From NCBI RefSeq assembly GCF_006345805.1, contig NC_043013.1, positions 24,490,001-24,554,000 on the forward strand: DNA of 64,000 nucleotides. Reading direction: 5' to 3'. The notes below the pieces were generated by a model that saw only the letters and a list, made by a program, of their open reading frames with translations, was not told the origin of the DNA and made no database searches. This DNA comes from Octopus sinensis (lineage: Eukaryota). The position numbers and the translations under genes are program-made. How positions within the stretch are numbered: position 1 is the stretch's first letter; every line of letters begins with the position of its first letter. Shown here piece after piece: positions 1-12,758 of this stretch.

Positions 1-556
1 TCCACGGCACTTTCCGAAGCCAAAGTTGCACCAAAAGAAGGTCATAGTGACTGTATGGTGGTCTGCGACCGGTCTCATCCATCACAGCTTTTTGGATCCA
101 GGCGAAACCATTACGGCGGAGAACTACTGTCAGCAAATGGATGAAATGCATAAGAAACTCCGACAACAGCCAGCATCGGTCAATAGAAAAGGACCAATTC
201 TCCACGACAAAGCTCGACCGCACGTCGCACAACTGACCTTGCAGAAATTGAACGAATTGGGCTACGGAACTCTGCCTCATCCGCCATACTCACCAGTCCT
301 CTCACCTACTGACTGGAACTTTTTCAAGCATCTCGACAACTTCCTGTGTGAGAAATGCTTCAAAAACTAAGACGATGCCAAACATACCATCAACGACTTC
401 ATTGCCACCAGAACGCATAGATAAGCTTGTTTCGCGTTGCCAAAAGTGTGTTGATTCTGATGGTGTTCATTTCGGTTAATAAAGTTTTGTTTGAGCCGAG
501 ATATGTGTATTTGAATTTAAAGGTTAAGAACCGCAAGAACTTTCTTGACACCCTAA
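1..556 (+). mobile_element. Mariner transposon 3' part (degenerate transposase C-terminus plus right TIR)
   Basis: ORF 26-370 has mariner motifs (KVIVTVWW, ILHDKARPH, HPPYSPVLSPTDWNFF); premature stop at 370; terminal ...CGCAAGAACTTTCTTGACACCCTAA followed by TA. Confidence 0.9.
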
Positions 557-792
557 TATTTCCAGTAGAATTTCGTTTTGAAATTTTTGTTTACAACTTT
601 AACTGATCATTTCGTTTTTCTTCCTCCAGTTGTTGAGAGGCTATGCACCTCCGGTCAACGAGTCTAACGCGTCGCCCGTAAAGCTAAGAGCCTTATAAAT
701 GTGAAACTAATGGTCACTCCCTGACCGTCAATAATAAACAACTTCTAATGTTTTGGAGTGTGCGTCTTTTCGGATATATGAACTACCGCCAG

Positions 793-844
<52 letters not shown>

Positions 845-845
<1 letters not shown>

Positions 846-1258
846 TCTTACTCTTTTACTTGTTTCAGTCATTTGACTGTGGCCATGCTGGAGCACCGCC
901 TTTAGTCGAGCAAATCGACCCCAGGACTTATTCTTTAGAAGCCTAGTACTTATTCTGTCGGTCTCTTTTTACCGAACCACTAAGTTACGGGGACGTAAAC
1001 ACACCACCATCGATTGTCAAGTGATGTTGGGGGGACAAACACAGTCACACAAACATACACACACACATACACACATATATATAAATACATATATATGGCA
1101 GGCATCTTTCAGTTTCCGTCTACCAAATCCACTAACAAGGCTTTGGTCGGCCCGAGGCTATAGTAGAAGACACTTGCCCAAGTTGCTACGCAGTGGGAAT
1201 GAACTCGGAACCATGTGGTTGGTAAGCAAGCTACTTACTACACAGCCTCTCCTGCGCC
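845..1258 (-). mobile_element. tRNA-derived SINE with CR1-like 3' tail
   Basis: Reverse complement of the full copy at 34201-34610: head GGCGCAGGAG..., B-box-like GGTTCCGAGTTC, tail CCAGCATGGCCACAGTCAAATGACTGAAACAAGTAAAAGAG. Confidence 0.85.
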
Positions 1259-1302
1259 TATGATACTTACCACAAGCCACTCCTGCACTTCTATATATAT
1301 AT

Positions 1303-2549
1303 TAAAGGCTTCTTCCAATGCGCCAGAGAAAAAATTTGTTTGCTTGTTATCAGTCGTAAGAACTTGTTGTTTTCACCGTTAATGCTTCTGTATTTCATGT
1401 TTCTGTATTCCATTATTGTTTTTTTTTTTTTTATATCTGTCCCTTTTGCTGTCCTGGTGTTCGTTGCATTCGATTCTTCTTCCAGGAATCTACGCTTCCA
1501 GCTTAGTTTTTCTAATGCTCGTTGCTTAGTTTTTCTTGGAGGGCTGGCCGTGATCTAGTAATCTCAAGATTAATCAGCCGAAATTACTACGATGATCCGG
1601 TTCTTGACTGAAGACTGAGGGTTTCGAGTGTCCTGTCCGTGTTTATTGTGTCGTCTTCTAAGAGTTATACGTTCTTGTCCATGTTGTATTTTTCTACATA
1701 CATACCTTAACATATATTCCAGGCGCCCCGTACCCCCCTTATCATTAATGTGAGCACATATTCTTAATAATTGGTACGACTCTCTGTTTGTCTCTCTCTC
1801 TCTCTCATTTTTACTTGATCTGTCCCCCTCTCTCTCTTTTCTCTCTACTCATCCTCTCTTTCTCTTCTCTTTCTCTGATTCTTTGGTCTAGTCTTCCACT
1901 ACCCTCCTATTTCTTTGTCTCGCTCTGCACCACAGGTCATTCTTCGACACCCATCCCTTCTCCTCTCTGATTCCTTCTTTCTCTCTCTTCTCTCTCTTTG
2001 TTGCGTTTGTCCCTCCTCTCTCTCTCTCTTCCTTTGCTTCTCTTTCTTTTTTTTCCCTCTTCTCTGTCACGTGACTGTTGGCCGAAATCTGCCTTTCAGC
2101 TCCTGACCCTCGTCGTGTTAACATCGTTGTTTTTCGTCCGCCGCTATAAAGGCTTCTTCCAATGCGCCAGAGAAAAATTTGTTTGCTTGTTATCAGTCGT
2201 AAGACACTTGTTGTTTTCACGTTAATGCTTCTGTATTTCATGTTTCTGTATTCCATTATTGTTTTTTTGTTTTTTTTATATCTGTCCCTTTTGCTGTCCT
2301 GGTGTTCGTATGCATTCGATCCTTCTTCCAGGAAATCTACGCTTCCAGCTTAGTTTTTCTAATGCTCGTTGCTTAGTTTTTCTTGGAGGGCTGGCCGTGA
2401 TCTAGTAATCTCAAGATTAATCAGCCGAAATTACTACGATGATCCGGTTCTTGACTGAAGACTGAGGGTTTCGAGTGTCCTGTCCGTGTTTATTGTGTCG
2501 TCTTCTAAGAGTTATACGTTCTTGTCCATGTTGTATTTTTCTACATACC

Positions 2550-2553
<4 letters not shown>
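1303..2553. mobile_element. Non-coding element with ~400 bp direct repeats (1303-1701 and 2147-2548) around a CT-rich core, inserted in (TA)n; Penelope-like partial-tandem architecture
   Basis: Near-identical repeats starting TAAAGGCTTCTTCCAATGCG and ending ...TTTTTCTACATAC; related sequence recurs at ~17515-18260 (opposite strand) and ~54645-55037. Confidence 0.6.
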
Positions 2554-2602
<49 letters not shown>

Positions 2603-3603
2603 GTTACTAATACCGCTAAAGGCGATCTGACAATAATTATATGTATGGCACTGGGTGTATTCCAATAGGAACTACGCCTAAGCAAAATACATCTTGAGCT
2701 CTCTGGAGCCATCAATCGTCAAAAAGCAAATTGAGGAGCAGTTTACCAGTGTAGTACTGCTTTTATTTTTTAACTCTGCAAAATCTTTAGGAATGTGGTA
2801 AGTAAATCCAGACACCTTAATTTGATTTGCGGCCTGGTTAGCATCTGACATGTGGCACGCCATGCACCATTACAAGCCACGCTCTCTAGGCAGAGAGAGA
2901 GTATGTTATATGAAGCATATGTAAAACCCACTACAATCAACTTCATGGTGCAGGTCGTTGAGTAACAGAAAGTCAAAAGGAAAATCCTATGGCGATAAAG
3001 TGATAGTATTAGAGATCTCTAGCAGGAGCTTTTGTACATATGGTAGTAAGAAGCAGATGCTCGCTCTATAAGCAGTTTCATATTTAGTGTCCGCGTCTCA
3101 ACAACAAAGCAGTCTTCTCAGGATGAGATAGCTTTCTCATGTATGGGAGGGTGTTAGAAAAGATGCCCTTTCTACGGTGACTGGATGTAAATCCATACAG
3201 TCTAAAAATGGAGAAAACGAAGGGAACATTTAAAAAAATAAATATATTGTATGTACAACAGAAGGTCATAAGAAACAATCGGAACGAAGAACAGTACTTG
3301 TTGCTCATGTTCAGAAAGAAAAACATATCGATATTGCTGCACTCCTACATCGAAGACTTCGAACAGGTGGGCAGCTGAAGGAATTAGCTGGTAGATATAC
3401 ATTTTCTGGATTGGCACTGCATCACTTCTGGATATCCTATTGCTTATTTTGATTTTATTCACCTTGTTTTGAAGTTGTACGGATAATACTGCACTAAATT
3501 TGGATGCTTCAACTTAAGTACCTAATTCATCCGAATCTCAATTATTTTGCTATATGTATATATATAAATGTTCTTTTACTAAATCTTGCAATTAACTCTA
3601 CAG

Positions 3604-3773
3604 GGATGGCAATTTAAAATTCATCACCGAACCTCACAAAGATGTCATACCAATCAAAAGGTTTACGTCGCTGCTATCACTGTTGAGGAAAGGTCGTCTT
3701 GTACGTATGTCTGTTGATTATACAACCTGCGCTGGAGCCCGAACAAAAGCTATCTCTGGCGGTGAAATCACAG
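3604..3773 (+). CDS. Internal coding exon of a putative VirK-like domain protein (DGNLKFITEPHKDVIPIKRFTSLLSLLRKGRLVRMSVDYTTCAGARTKAISGGEIT)
   Basis: Acceptor ...AACTCTACAG at 3602-3603, donor CAG|GTAAAA at 3774; open frame; the phase-1 G joins AT of the exon at 9634 to give GAT (Asp) in frame. Confidence 0.7.
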
Positions 3774-4006
3774 GTAAAATATTTGATACTTACGATTCTC
3801 TAAAACTTTTGACACCATTCTTACTATCTAAAGCCAATTTTCGAAAGAAAGCATGTAATATGAATTCCTTTAATATGTAAAATATATATGATACATATGT
3901 GTAATGTAAGTACGTTAACTTGATGCCTCTTACATGAATGTTACTAATGTATATGTTGAGGAGACTATTCCGTTGTAGATTATTTCGAATTTATAGAACT
4001 TGGAAA

Positions 4007-4060
<54 letters not shown>

Positions 4061-4101
4061 GATAACACAGGAAAACCAATGGTTGTGTTATGAACTTCAT
4101 T

Positions 4102-4183
4102 AGCTTACAGCTGTTTCTTCTATAAGATGCAGTGGACTCGTAATTGAGTGTATGAATGACATCCCACAGCTTCATCGGAGGGT
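4102..4183 (-). ncRNA. Degenerate minimal type-I hammerhead ribozyme motif (Penelope-type)
   Basis: Minus strand: CCGATGA (vs CTGATGA), stem CTGTGGGATG/CATCTTATAG, then GAAAC-AGCT-GTA with a palindromic stem III. Confidence 0.5.
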
Positions 4184-4291
4184 TGAATATGAAGTGCTTT
4201 GCCAGTGAGAATGTCGTGACTAATGCATATAAAAAGGTGTACGTCCAAAAGGAAATTAGATTGATTAGTAGAAAATATGGAATATACATAC

Positions 4292-4324
<33 letters not shown>

Positions 4325-4410
4325 AAATTAATTAAGGGTAGAAATTGATATTTATCAATTAAGACCAGTGGTCTAGCATATTAAAAAAGAATCCGAAGAT
4401 TAAAATATTT

Positions 4411-4613
4411 ATATATACCAATTAAGGACTGAACACGAAAAGTGGACAGTCAACATGCTAGATATAGACGTCAAATCGCCATTCACCACAAAAGATTATG
4501 TTCTCAGATCAAACTCAAGTTTGATCTGAGAACATAATCTTTTGTGGTGAATGGCGATTTGACGTCTATATCTAGCATGTTGACTGTCCACTTTTCGTGT
4601 TCAGTCCTTAATT

Positions 4614-4622
<9 letters not shown>
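4411..4622. repeat. Perfect fold-back palindrome, ~105 bp arms, 2-nt centre, abutting (TA)n
   Basis: Centre ...CAGATCAAACT-CA-AGTTTGATCTG...; arms are complementary from 4411 to 4622. Confidence 0.95.
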
Positions 4623-4653
<31 letters not shown>

Positions 4654-4689
4654 GTATGTATATATATATATATAATGTATGTATGTATG

Positions 4690-5017
4690 TATATGGACCA
4701 CCTCCTGTTATTAGGATTATGGGATTGCACAAGAAAGTTAGCTTCCAAGGCACAAGTCCGGACAGGGTGTTTATGGAAGACCAGCAGTCACCCATGCATA
4801 ATAGCCTCCCACACCACATATGTTGTCCAAGGGAAAGGCAAAGACCAATACAGTTTGGCATCAGTAACGTCGCAACTCATTTCTACAGCTGAGTGAATGG
4901 GAGCAACGTGCAATAAAGTGTCTTGCTCAAGAACACAACATACAGCCCGGTCCAGGAATCGAACTCACTACCCCATGATTGTGAGCCAGACGCTCTAACC
5001 ACTGCACCATGTGCCTA
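4690..5017 (-). mobile_element. tRNA-derived SINE (second family)
   Basis: Minus strand has A-box-like CAGTGGTTAGAGCG and B-box GAGTTCGATTCC followed by TTGAGCAAGACACTTTATT; a partial related copy lies at ~5150-5260. Confidence 0.7.
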
Positions 5018-5290
5018 CACACACGTTCATACATACGTACATACATATTTGTTTATAGGGATCATGCTGCACATTATCTCGCTCTCTCCATAAAATCGAC
5101 GTTGTCTGAAAAGGTGTACGGTGCGCCATTTGTCAGGTGTCGAAATGATTGCAGAACAGCGTGAGATGAAGGGCTTGCTCAAGAACTCAACGCAGCACCC
5201 GGCCTAGGAATTGAAATCACGATCGTGAGAGCAACACCCTAACCACTAAGCTACGGACCCTCACACATACACACACATATATATGTCAGA

Positions 5291-5520
5291 AGGTGGTGAG
5301 CTGGCAGAAACGTTAGCACGCCGGGCGAAATGCGTAGCCGTATTTCGTCTGCCGTTAAGTTCTGAGTTCAAATTCCGCCGCGGTCGACTTTGCCTTTCAT
5401 CCTTTTGGGGTCGATAAATAAAGTACCAGTTACGCACAGGGGTAGATATAATCGACTTAATCCCTTTGTCTGTCCTTGTTTGTCCCCTCTATGTTTAGCC
5501 CCTTGTGGGCAGTAAAGAAA
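5291..5520 (+). mobile_element. tRNA-derived SINE (third family)
   Basis: GAGCTGGCAGAAACGTTAGC...GAGTTCAAATTCCGCC...GCCTTTCATCCTTTTGGGGTCGATAAATAAAGTACCAG; decayed relatives near 8585-8790, 10725-10795 and 11370-11520. Confidence 0.75.
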
Positions 5521-6270
5521 TATATATATATATGTCATAATATATGGATACCAGTAATCCAGTAGTACTCCTGAAAAAAGCTGCTTAATCTATCATTCTA
5601 CAAAACATCGACAATATATATTACAACGCAAGAGAAAACGATAAGGAGTGCATAAAATTGTAAATGACAGAAATATGATGAAAATTTATTTAACAATAAA
5701 GGCGGTGCTCCAGCATGGCCGCAGTCAAATGACTGAAACAAGTAAAAGAGTAAAAGAGTAATATGAAATTCAAATATCACGACAAATCATTGTTTATGGA
5801 ATCATATAAAGATTTTTTCTCTATTTCCACGATCTTTTATTTTCTAGATTTTTAGTAATAAATATATCTCTTTTCTTTTATTACTCTAATGATATCTACT
5901 AGTTACTTTTGAATTAAATTATTAAATTCCATTCCATTTATTAGACAATCGTCTTATTATTTTATAGTAATTTTATTATTATTGTCTTCCTTAAACTTTT
6001 AATCATTGAGTTTGCGTTTTTGAAAAGTTATGTTGTGAATTTAGTATTTAACAAAGGCTGAGAACATAACTTTGTTTCTGCATTGCTTTAAAAGAATTTT
6101 TGCATTAATGCAGACATGTAATTTATTTATTGTTAATTATAATAATATAAATGATATTTACATGGTTGAAGTTACGAAACAATTTGTCGGGATCATTAAA
6201 TTTTCATATCGTTAAATAAATTTTCATCATATTTCTGTCATTTATAACTTATACACACACGCACGCACGT

Positions 6271-6655
6271 GGAAGCACTCCGTCGGTTACGACGATGAGG
6301 GTTCCGGTTGATCCGAATCAACGGAACAACCTGCTCGTGAAATTAACGTGTAAGTGGCTGAGCACTCCACAGACACGTGTACCCTTAACGTAGTTCTCGG
6401 GGATATTCAGCGTGACACAGAGAGTGACAAGGCCGGCCCCTTGAAATACAGGTACAACAGAAACAGGAAGTAAGAGTGAGAGAAAGTTGTGGCGAAAGAG
6501 TACAGTAGGGATCACCACCACCCCCTGCCGGAGCCTCGTGGAGCTTTAGGTGTTTTCGCTCAATAAACACTCACAACGCCCGGTCTGGGAATCGAAACCG
6601 CGATCCTATGACCGCGAGTCCGCTGCCCTAACCACTGGGCCATTGCGCCTCCACT
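6271..6655 (-). mobile_element. Young full-length SINE with 12-bp target site duplication
   Basis: TSD ACGCACGCACGT at 6259-6270 and 6656-6667; nearly identical to 50261-50643; tRNA-like head with GGTTTCGATTCCC. Confidence 0.9.
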
Positions 6656-6668
6656 ACGCACGCACGTA

Positions 6669-6721
<53 letters not shown>

Positions 6722-7216
6722 TGGAGTTTTCTAGAAGCTTAGCCACACTCGCAAGCGAGTATAAATCGTAGCTTGTACCGCGTTTTTGCTCGTTGTGTTG
6801 GGTGTCTACATAGTCAGGAGCAGACAAAATCTCGATAGTCCTGATCCGGACATGGAGAATGTAACAGCTAGAAAGAGAGAAAGAGGGAGAGGGAGAGAGT
6901 AAGAGAGAGAGAGAGCGAGAGACGCAGACAGTGAAAGCTATGCTAATATTTAGATCACGTGGCTTCACACACACATACACACCCACACTCACACACACAT
7001 TACCCATATATATATATATATATCACAGACTTCTATACAATTTCAGTCGACCGATTTCCCTCATAAGGAATTGGTTGACTCGAAGCAGTAATAGAGAATA
7101 CTTGCTCATCGTATCACGCTGATAACGCTGACACTGAACGAAAGACTACATGGTCACGAAAGAAAATTCTCAATAACACTCCAATGTGTGTGTTTGTGTG
7201 TATACATACATACATA

Positions 7217-7277
<61 letters not shown>

Positions 7278-7485
7278 GAGTAAATGGACAAACAAAAGAA
7301 GGGCAGGCAATCCATCTATTGGGAATTACCTGTATGGATCAAAACAGTTTGGTTCAAATTCGTTGGTACCCTTGAGTTACAAGTGCTATGGACAGACTAC
7401 AGTTAAGCTCCAGGTTCGGTGATTATGCAAATGAGGTGTCCAACGTAGGTCATATATTAGCATGCATATATATATATAAAAAATT

Positions 7486-7571
7486 AACAGAATGAGATAA
7501 AATCGAAGGCTGTGAAAGATTTCAGAACAGTCTGAATTCTTTCACACCCTTGGATTTTATCTCATTCTGTT
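7486..7571. repeat. Imperfect hairpin (~41 bp arms) between (TA)n tracts
   Basis: AACAGAATGAGATAAAATC...TTTCAGA / TCTGAA...GATTTTATCTCATTCTGTT. Confidence 0.85.
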
Positions 7572-7607
<36 letters not shown>

Positions 7608-8024
7608 ATGTGTGTGTGTGTGTAAGAGAGTGCTTCTCTTCATACAAGCTGAGATATAGGCTTTATGATGTTTCTCAATGAGAAGTTTTAAAGAAATGCT
7701 TTACAGTTTAGTGATCTTGTTTTATTAATAATACTTATCGACGATAAGGTATAAACATGTTTTTTTCACGATGATCAAACCTTAAAATATAATTTACTAT
7801 TGAGTAGATTATATTTGCAAACCTCTGATGTGCTTCTAGATAAGCGTTGCTGTGCTTCACAGTGCAGCAAAGTTTTAGAAGAGAGTCAGCTGGAATACCG
7901 TGATGCTCCATGGCATTTTCAGAGCTTCCTAAATAGGTGGTGAAATGGAATAAATAATCTCTCATGAGTTATCCTTAGATCGATGGCTTGGTTCTTATAC
8001 TTTCAACAAAATAGACTCTCTTAA

Positions 8025-8200
8025 CCCCTTACCCGGCAGAAACGAATATATGCGTTTTGACCTAAATCGTTTTTTTCTATCTCTGGCGAGTTAACTCGTC
8101 AAAAGATAGACTCGCCAAAATCGACAATTAAAAAATAAAACAATTAAAAAATATGTCTGAAAAAATACATTTATTTTCAAAATAATTGTTGGGTAAGGGG
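8025..8200. mobile_element. piggyBac-type MITE
   Basis: TTAA at 8021-8024 and 8201-8204 flanking TIRs CCCCTTACCC(GGCA) / (TGTT)GGGTAAGGGG; no coding capacity. Confidence 0.8.
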
Positions 8201-9633
8201 TTAAAGATACACAAGAGACCAAGTGGAGCTGTTAAATTGACGGTGAGTCAAGTCCTCTGTGAGGAGTGACAGTCCTTTCGACGGGCTTCGTACAGTTTCT
8301 GTCAAGTCAATTTCATTGATAAGACTTTGGTTAATCCAAGGCAATGATGAGGAACACTTGTTGAAAGAGGCACCCACTACAATCAAACTCTGAACCATCT
8401 GTTTGTGAAGCGTACATTTTACTTACACAACCAGCTTCGCCCAGATATCAAAGAAATATTGATTTTGTTTATATTTGGAACAAAGTTGATTTTAGTCGAT
8501 ATAATGAAGAAATTACGACGTTGATTTTAGTAAAATATTGATTTCTGACTTAGAACATGTATCCAAACTTTTATTATAATGGAGCGAGTTGGCAGAATTG
8601 TTACAGAGTTGAAATAAATGGCTTGCAATATTTGTTGCGATTTTTTATCTGTGCTTAAATGGCGCCGAGATCAACTTTGCGTTTCTTCTTTTTGAGGTCA
8701 ATAAAAAATAAAATACTATTCAAGTACTGGGATCGATGCTATCAACAACTCACCCTTCCTCTTAAAATGCTGGCCTTGTGCCTAAATTAGAAAAATAATG
8801 AAGGAGCAAAATCCATTCTAAAATCCCATCACTCCTTTCACGTAGGCCCGATTATAGCCTCAAGAATTCATATATAGCCCGGCTCATATTCGCTGTCTCT
8901 CAACCCCGTGTATTAATCGCTGTTCCTACAGCTCTTGTATGACAGGCGTCTGCAGACCTTGATTTGAACTCAGAATACAATGGCATCTAACTAAATGCTG
9001 CTTTATATACAGCATGACGCTCTTTCAATCTTGAGATATCAGCATCTTTATCTACCCTAACAGATATATGAGATTTAACTATAATGCTGCGTGTCTATCT
9101 GATAAAGCAGTGGCAAAATACTTGTATCTCTCTCTTTTATTAATATTAATCTGTTCCTTGCTGGCTTTGTAATTTAAAATTATCTCCTTAATCCAAATAA
9201 AGTTTCGGGTTAGACTGCAAAGGTCCTAGACTAAATGTCTGTAGCTTGATGTTTGATAGTCTTCATTACTAAACAAAATAGATAAAATACAGTTCCACAA
9301 CTGAGTTTTAGTTACGATTACTTTGTGGTAACAAAATATAGAATAAATTCCCACGGGCGTACACGCACGCACACACACATACACACAACTATTGTAATAT
9401 AGAAAATTAATAACACATACACACACACTTGCAAACAAAGGCGAAACGAATGAACAAAACAAGTTAACGCTTGTACTTTGATACCAATGGAATTATCTAA
9501 ACATTGTTGTAGACTTTGATGAAATTGTGCTCAGATTTTAAGATGCAGTCTCAGAACAATTAAAATTTGATCTGAAAATATTTAGGGTAGCTTTTCTAAC
9601 ATACATCTTGTTTTTCTTTTTGTATCGTTACAG

Positions 9634-9878
9634 ATTACGATGTTATGGAATCTGAAAAAATGATAGAAGTATCCATGAGTCGACGTTTGACATATTTCAG
9701 AAACTATCCAAGATATGTGTTGAATTTTGTTACTTTTATCTTCAATAATGACGGTCAGGTGTTTGTTAAAGCCACTACGATGGATGCCAGTACTTATACA
9801 CCCTATACAGCAAGTAAAATGTATTGTAATTTCGGTGACGCCGATCAAGCTGGATCTGTAAAACTGTTTTATCAATAG
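9634..9878 (+). CDS. Terminal coding exon of the putative VirK-like domain protein ((D)YDVMESEKMIEVSMSRRLTYFRNYPRYVLNFVTFIFNNDGQVFVKATTMDASTYTPYTASKMYCNFGDADQAGSVKLFYQ*)
   Basis: Strong polypyrimidine acceptor TTGTTTTTCTTTTTGTATCGTTACAG at 9632-9633; non-repetitive ORF to TAG at 9878; phase compatible with exon 3604-3773. Confidence 0.7.
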
Positions 9879-12758
9879 AAATGAACCTTGGTCGCTCGTT
9901 CCATAAAACAGAATATATTCGTGTACAGCTATCTTGTCGCTGATATTTGAGGATATTGCTGGTGGTAATAATGTGATGTGTACCTGTTTATAATCAAAAT
10001 TTTGTACGACAATATTACCCAGCAACTTCGGGAATTTTTTTCAAATTTCTTATGGAAATGGTAAAGAATATCATATGTAATCTGAGTGTTGTGAAAATAA
10101 TTAGTAATCAATTTTAATCGAAAATGTCATCATCAGACATGATATTTCAATTAATTCAAAAGAAAACACACTTTTGAATGGATGCACGAAAACTGTATAG
10201 AAAATCATTGTCAAGCACATTTCCAAAGTTTCTCATTTAAAGAAAAAAATTCATTTTGACAGTATCGTCGAATACTTTTGAAAACTACGAAACCAATTTT
10301 ATAAATTATTTAACATTATACTTGCTGCTGCTGCTGTTATTGTTGTTTACTACAACCAAACTTGCTTTCACTGTTCACTCCATTAAATCACTGTAGTAAA
10401 ATTGTTGAAAAATCATGGATTTCTATCCATGGAACACAACACAGCAACATCAATTTAACTTATTTTACACTTTTACTCATTTGACATTATTTAGCATCCT
10501 TTATATTCTTGTTTTTCACACACACACACACACACTTCATATATATTTACATTGGTATATATATGTATATATATATATATGTTTGTGTGTGTGTATGTAT
10601 TATGTTTATATACCCTGTAATTATCATTTCTTTTAAAACAATAATGAGGACAATTCCTGTTAATATTTATTGAAACTGTGTAATCATTTTACTATTACTC
10701 ATTATTAGAAGGCGGGGGGGGGATGGTGGAGCTGGCAGAGTCGTTAGCACGCCGGACGAAATGCTTAGCAGTATTTCGCCCGTTGCTACGTTCTTTGTCA
10801 TATTATTATCATAATCATCATCATTATTATCATCATTGTTATCATTATTATTATGGTTGATGCATGGCAGGAGGGCGATGAATAACAACTGGTAGAGCGA
10901 CGAACAAAAAACGTTTTAAGTTCAAAACCTGCCAGGACAACTTTACCTTACGTTGTTCTGATGTTGGGGAAGCACCGTGCTCGCTCGATTAAATTGACTT
11001 TAATTCTCTTTGCGTTGCCTTTTGTCCCTCTTAGAAATCATTATTATTATTATTAAATCGAGGCTAGTAAATGGCACAGTCGGTATTATGTCGGACAAAA
11101 AAGCATTACAAGATTCAATTATGTCTCGTTACGTTTTGAGTTCAAATCGCCGCCATCAAAATCTCATCTTGAATCTACGTAAGAAATTATCATTAATTTT
11201 CTATATTGCAATAGTTGATATTATACGACTGAAGTTAATTGTTACTATAACTGTTGTCTTGTTATATTTTGTTATTGCTTTCAATATTTTATCATTTGTT
11301 TTTCTTGGCAAAAAATCAGACTGAATTCAATGCACTGTTTAACACTCGTTGGTTATCATTTGACCTAATTGAGAGAATCGTGCAAGTGTCGGATACCAAA
11401 CCTTATAGTATTTGTTACGACTCCCTGCACTTTCAGTTCAAATCAGGCCAAGGTCAACGTTCTCTTTAATCTTTTCGGAGTCGATAAAGTACCAAGTACC
11501 AGTCCAATACTAGGGTAGATTCCTCCTCCCTCTCACTGTATGGGTTGTAATTTAGAAGGCCAGTCTTGTCACATTGTACCACAATTCTTTGGCCTGAGAG
11601 TTGTGTTAAGGATACACAAGTCTGTGGAATATGCAGCTACCTACTCATTAACTTTACGAATAGGAATTCAGTTTGTCGAACAACTGAATACTCATCTTTA
11701 GATCGACAGAGAATCCATTAGATGTCTATAGTGGGGTTTATAATGTTGCAAGTATTCTGGCCATTTATACAGTCAGAGGGAAATCCCCTCCTAAGACTAC
11801 CGAAGATCTGAAAAAGGTTTTGAGCGCAGCTCGTCTGACAAAATCATATTTTAAAAAATTAAACAGATGAAAACTTTTTATAACGAATTCCGTATTTCTG
11901 CTGGACATTCAGGCTTCTTTTCCCTTGTCCCTATTCTGCAACTGTGAAATCTAGAGTGTAGGGTTTAATTCTTTGGTAGTTACAGAAAAAAAATTATTTA
12001 TTCCAAGACGTTTTTCCATTTGAGAAATAGGACATCATCTTACGAAGGTGTAAATTAAAGTGGGTATGGCGTCCGTAGTCACGACTTTCTATAGACACTT
12101 CTTTCATCATTGTTACATGTGTAGTCTACATTATCTGAACAGCACACACATCTACAATGGCCAACAAGGAGCTGAGCCTCGTCAGAAGCATTTGACTTGC
12201 ATGAAATAACAACCATGTCTCTCTGAAATCACATCCCTGTCTTTAAGAATACAAAAAACAAATCACTGAATAACTGACATCAAGAGACACTGAAAACCAA
12301 ACAAGAAAAACAAATTAACCACGGCTCTTTGATCCTAGTTCTGCCTAATCAGAGCTAACCTAGGGATAAACAGTAACAACAAAAATACAAATGCATTCGC
12401 ACAGATATAAGCAAAGCACGCACACACAAACACACACACACGGTCACACCTACGTGTACAACATTATACTTACCAACCAGTCTCAGCAGTTTGGTGTTTT
12501 GTTCGGAGTAGAACAGCAGGTTGTTCAGCTAAAGGTCCTGCTGTTTCGGTCGAATCTGACCCAAGCTGAGGCAGAGTGAAAAAGTGTCACAAGACAGGTA
12601 ATAACACACATGCCCCCCCCCACACACACACACTCACACACTTACATTCTCCTCTCTTTCATACACTTTCTACCTCCACACACAGAAAAAATTTCCGTAA
12701 TTGTTTCAATCTCAGTGGGACATTAATTAACATTCTGCTAAGAAATTAATTTTCAGGA

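Noticed and set aside
630-740. Strong acceptor (TTTCGTTTTTCTTCCTCCAG) as the upstream exon of the VirK-like gene
   Set aside because: No convincing phase-2 donor compatible with the exon at 3604; frames stop quickly. It could be a terminal or non-coding exon of another gene, but this is unsupported.
2640-3460. Possible very decayed R4/Dong-like LINE, or a further exon of the VirK-like gene near 3088-3150
   Set aside because: Only faint motif resemblance across frameshifts and a weak donor (GTGTTA); cannot be supported without a profile search.
4950-6655. tRNA genes
   Set aside because: A/B boxes belong to tRNA-derived SINE heads that continue into repeat bodies; no complete cloverleaf seen.
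7735-7965. 76-aa minus-strand ORF with faint resemblance to a LINE C-terminal Cys/His region
   Set aside because: No clear motif or splice signals.
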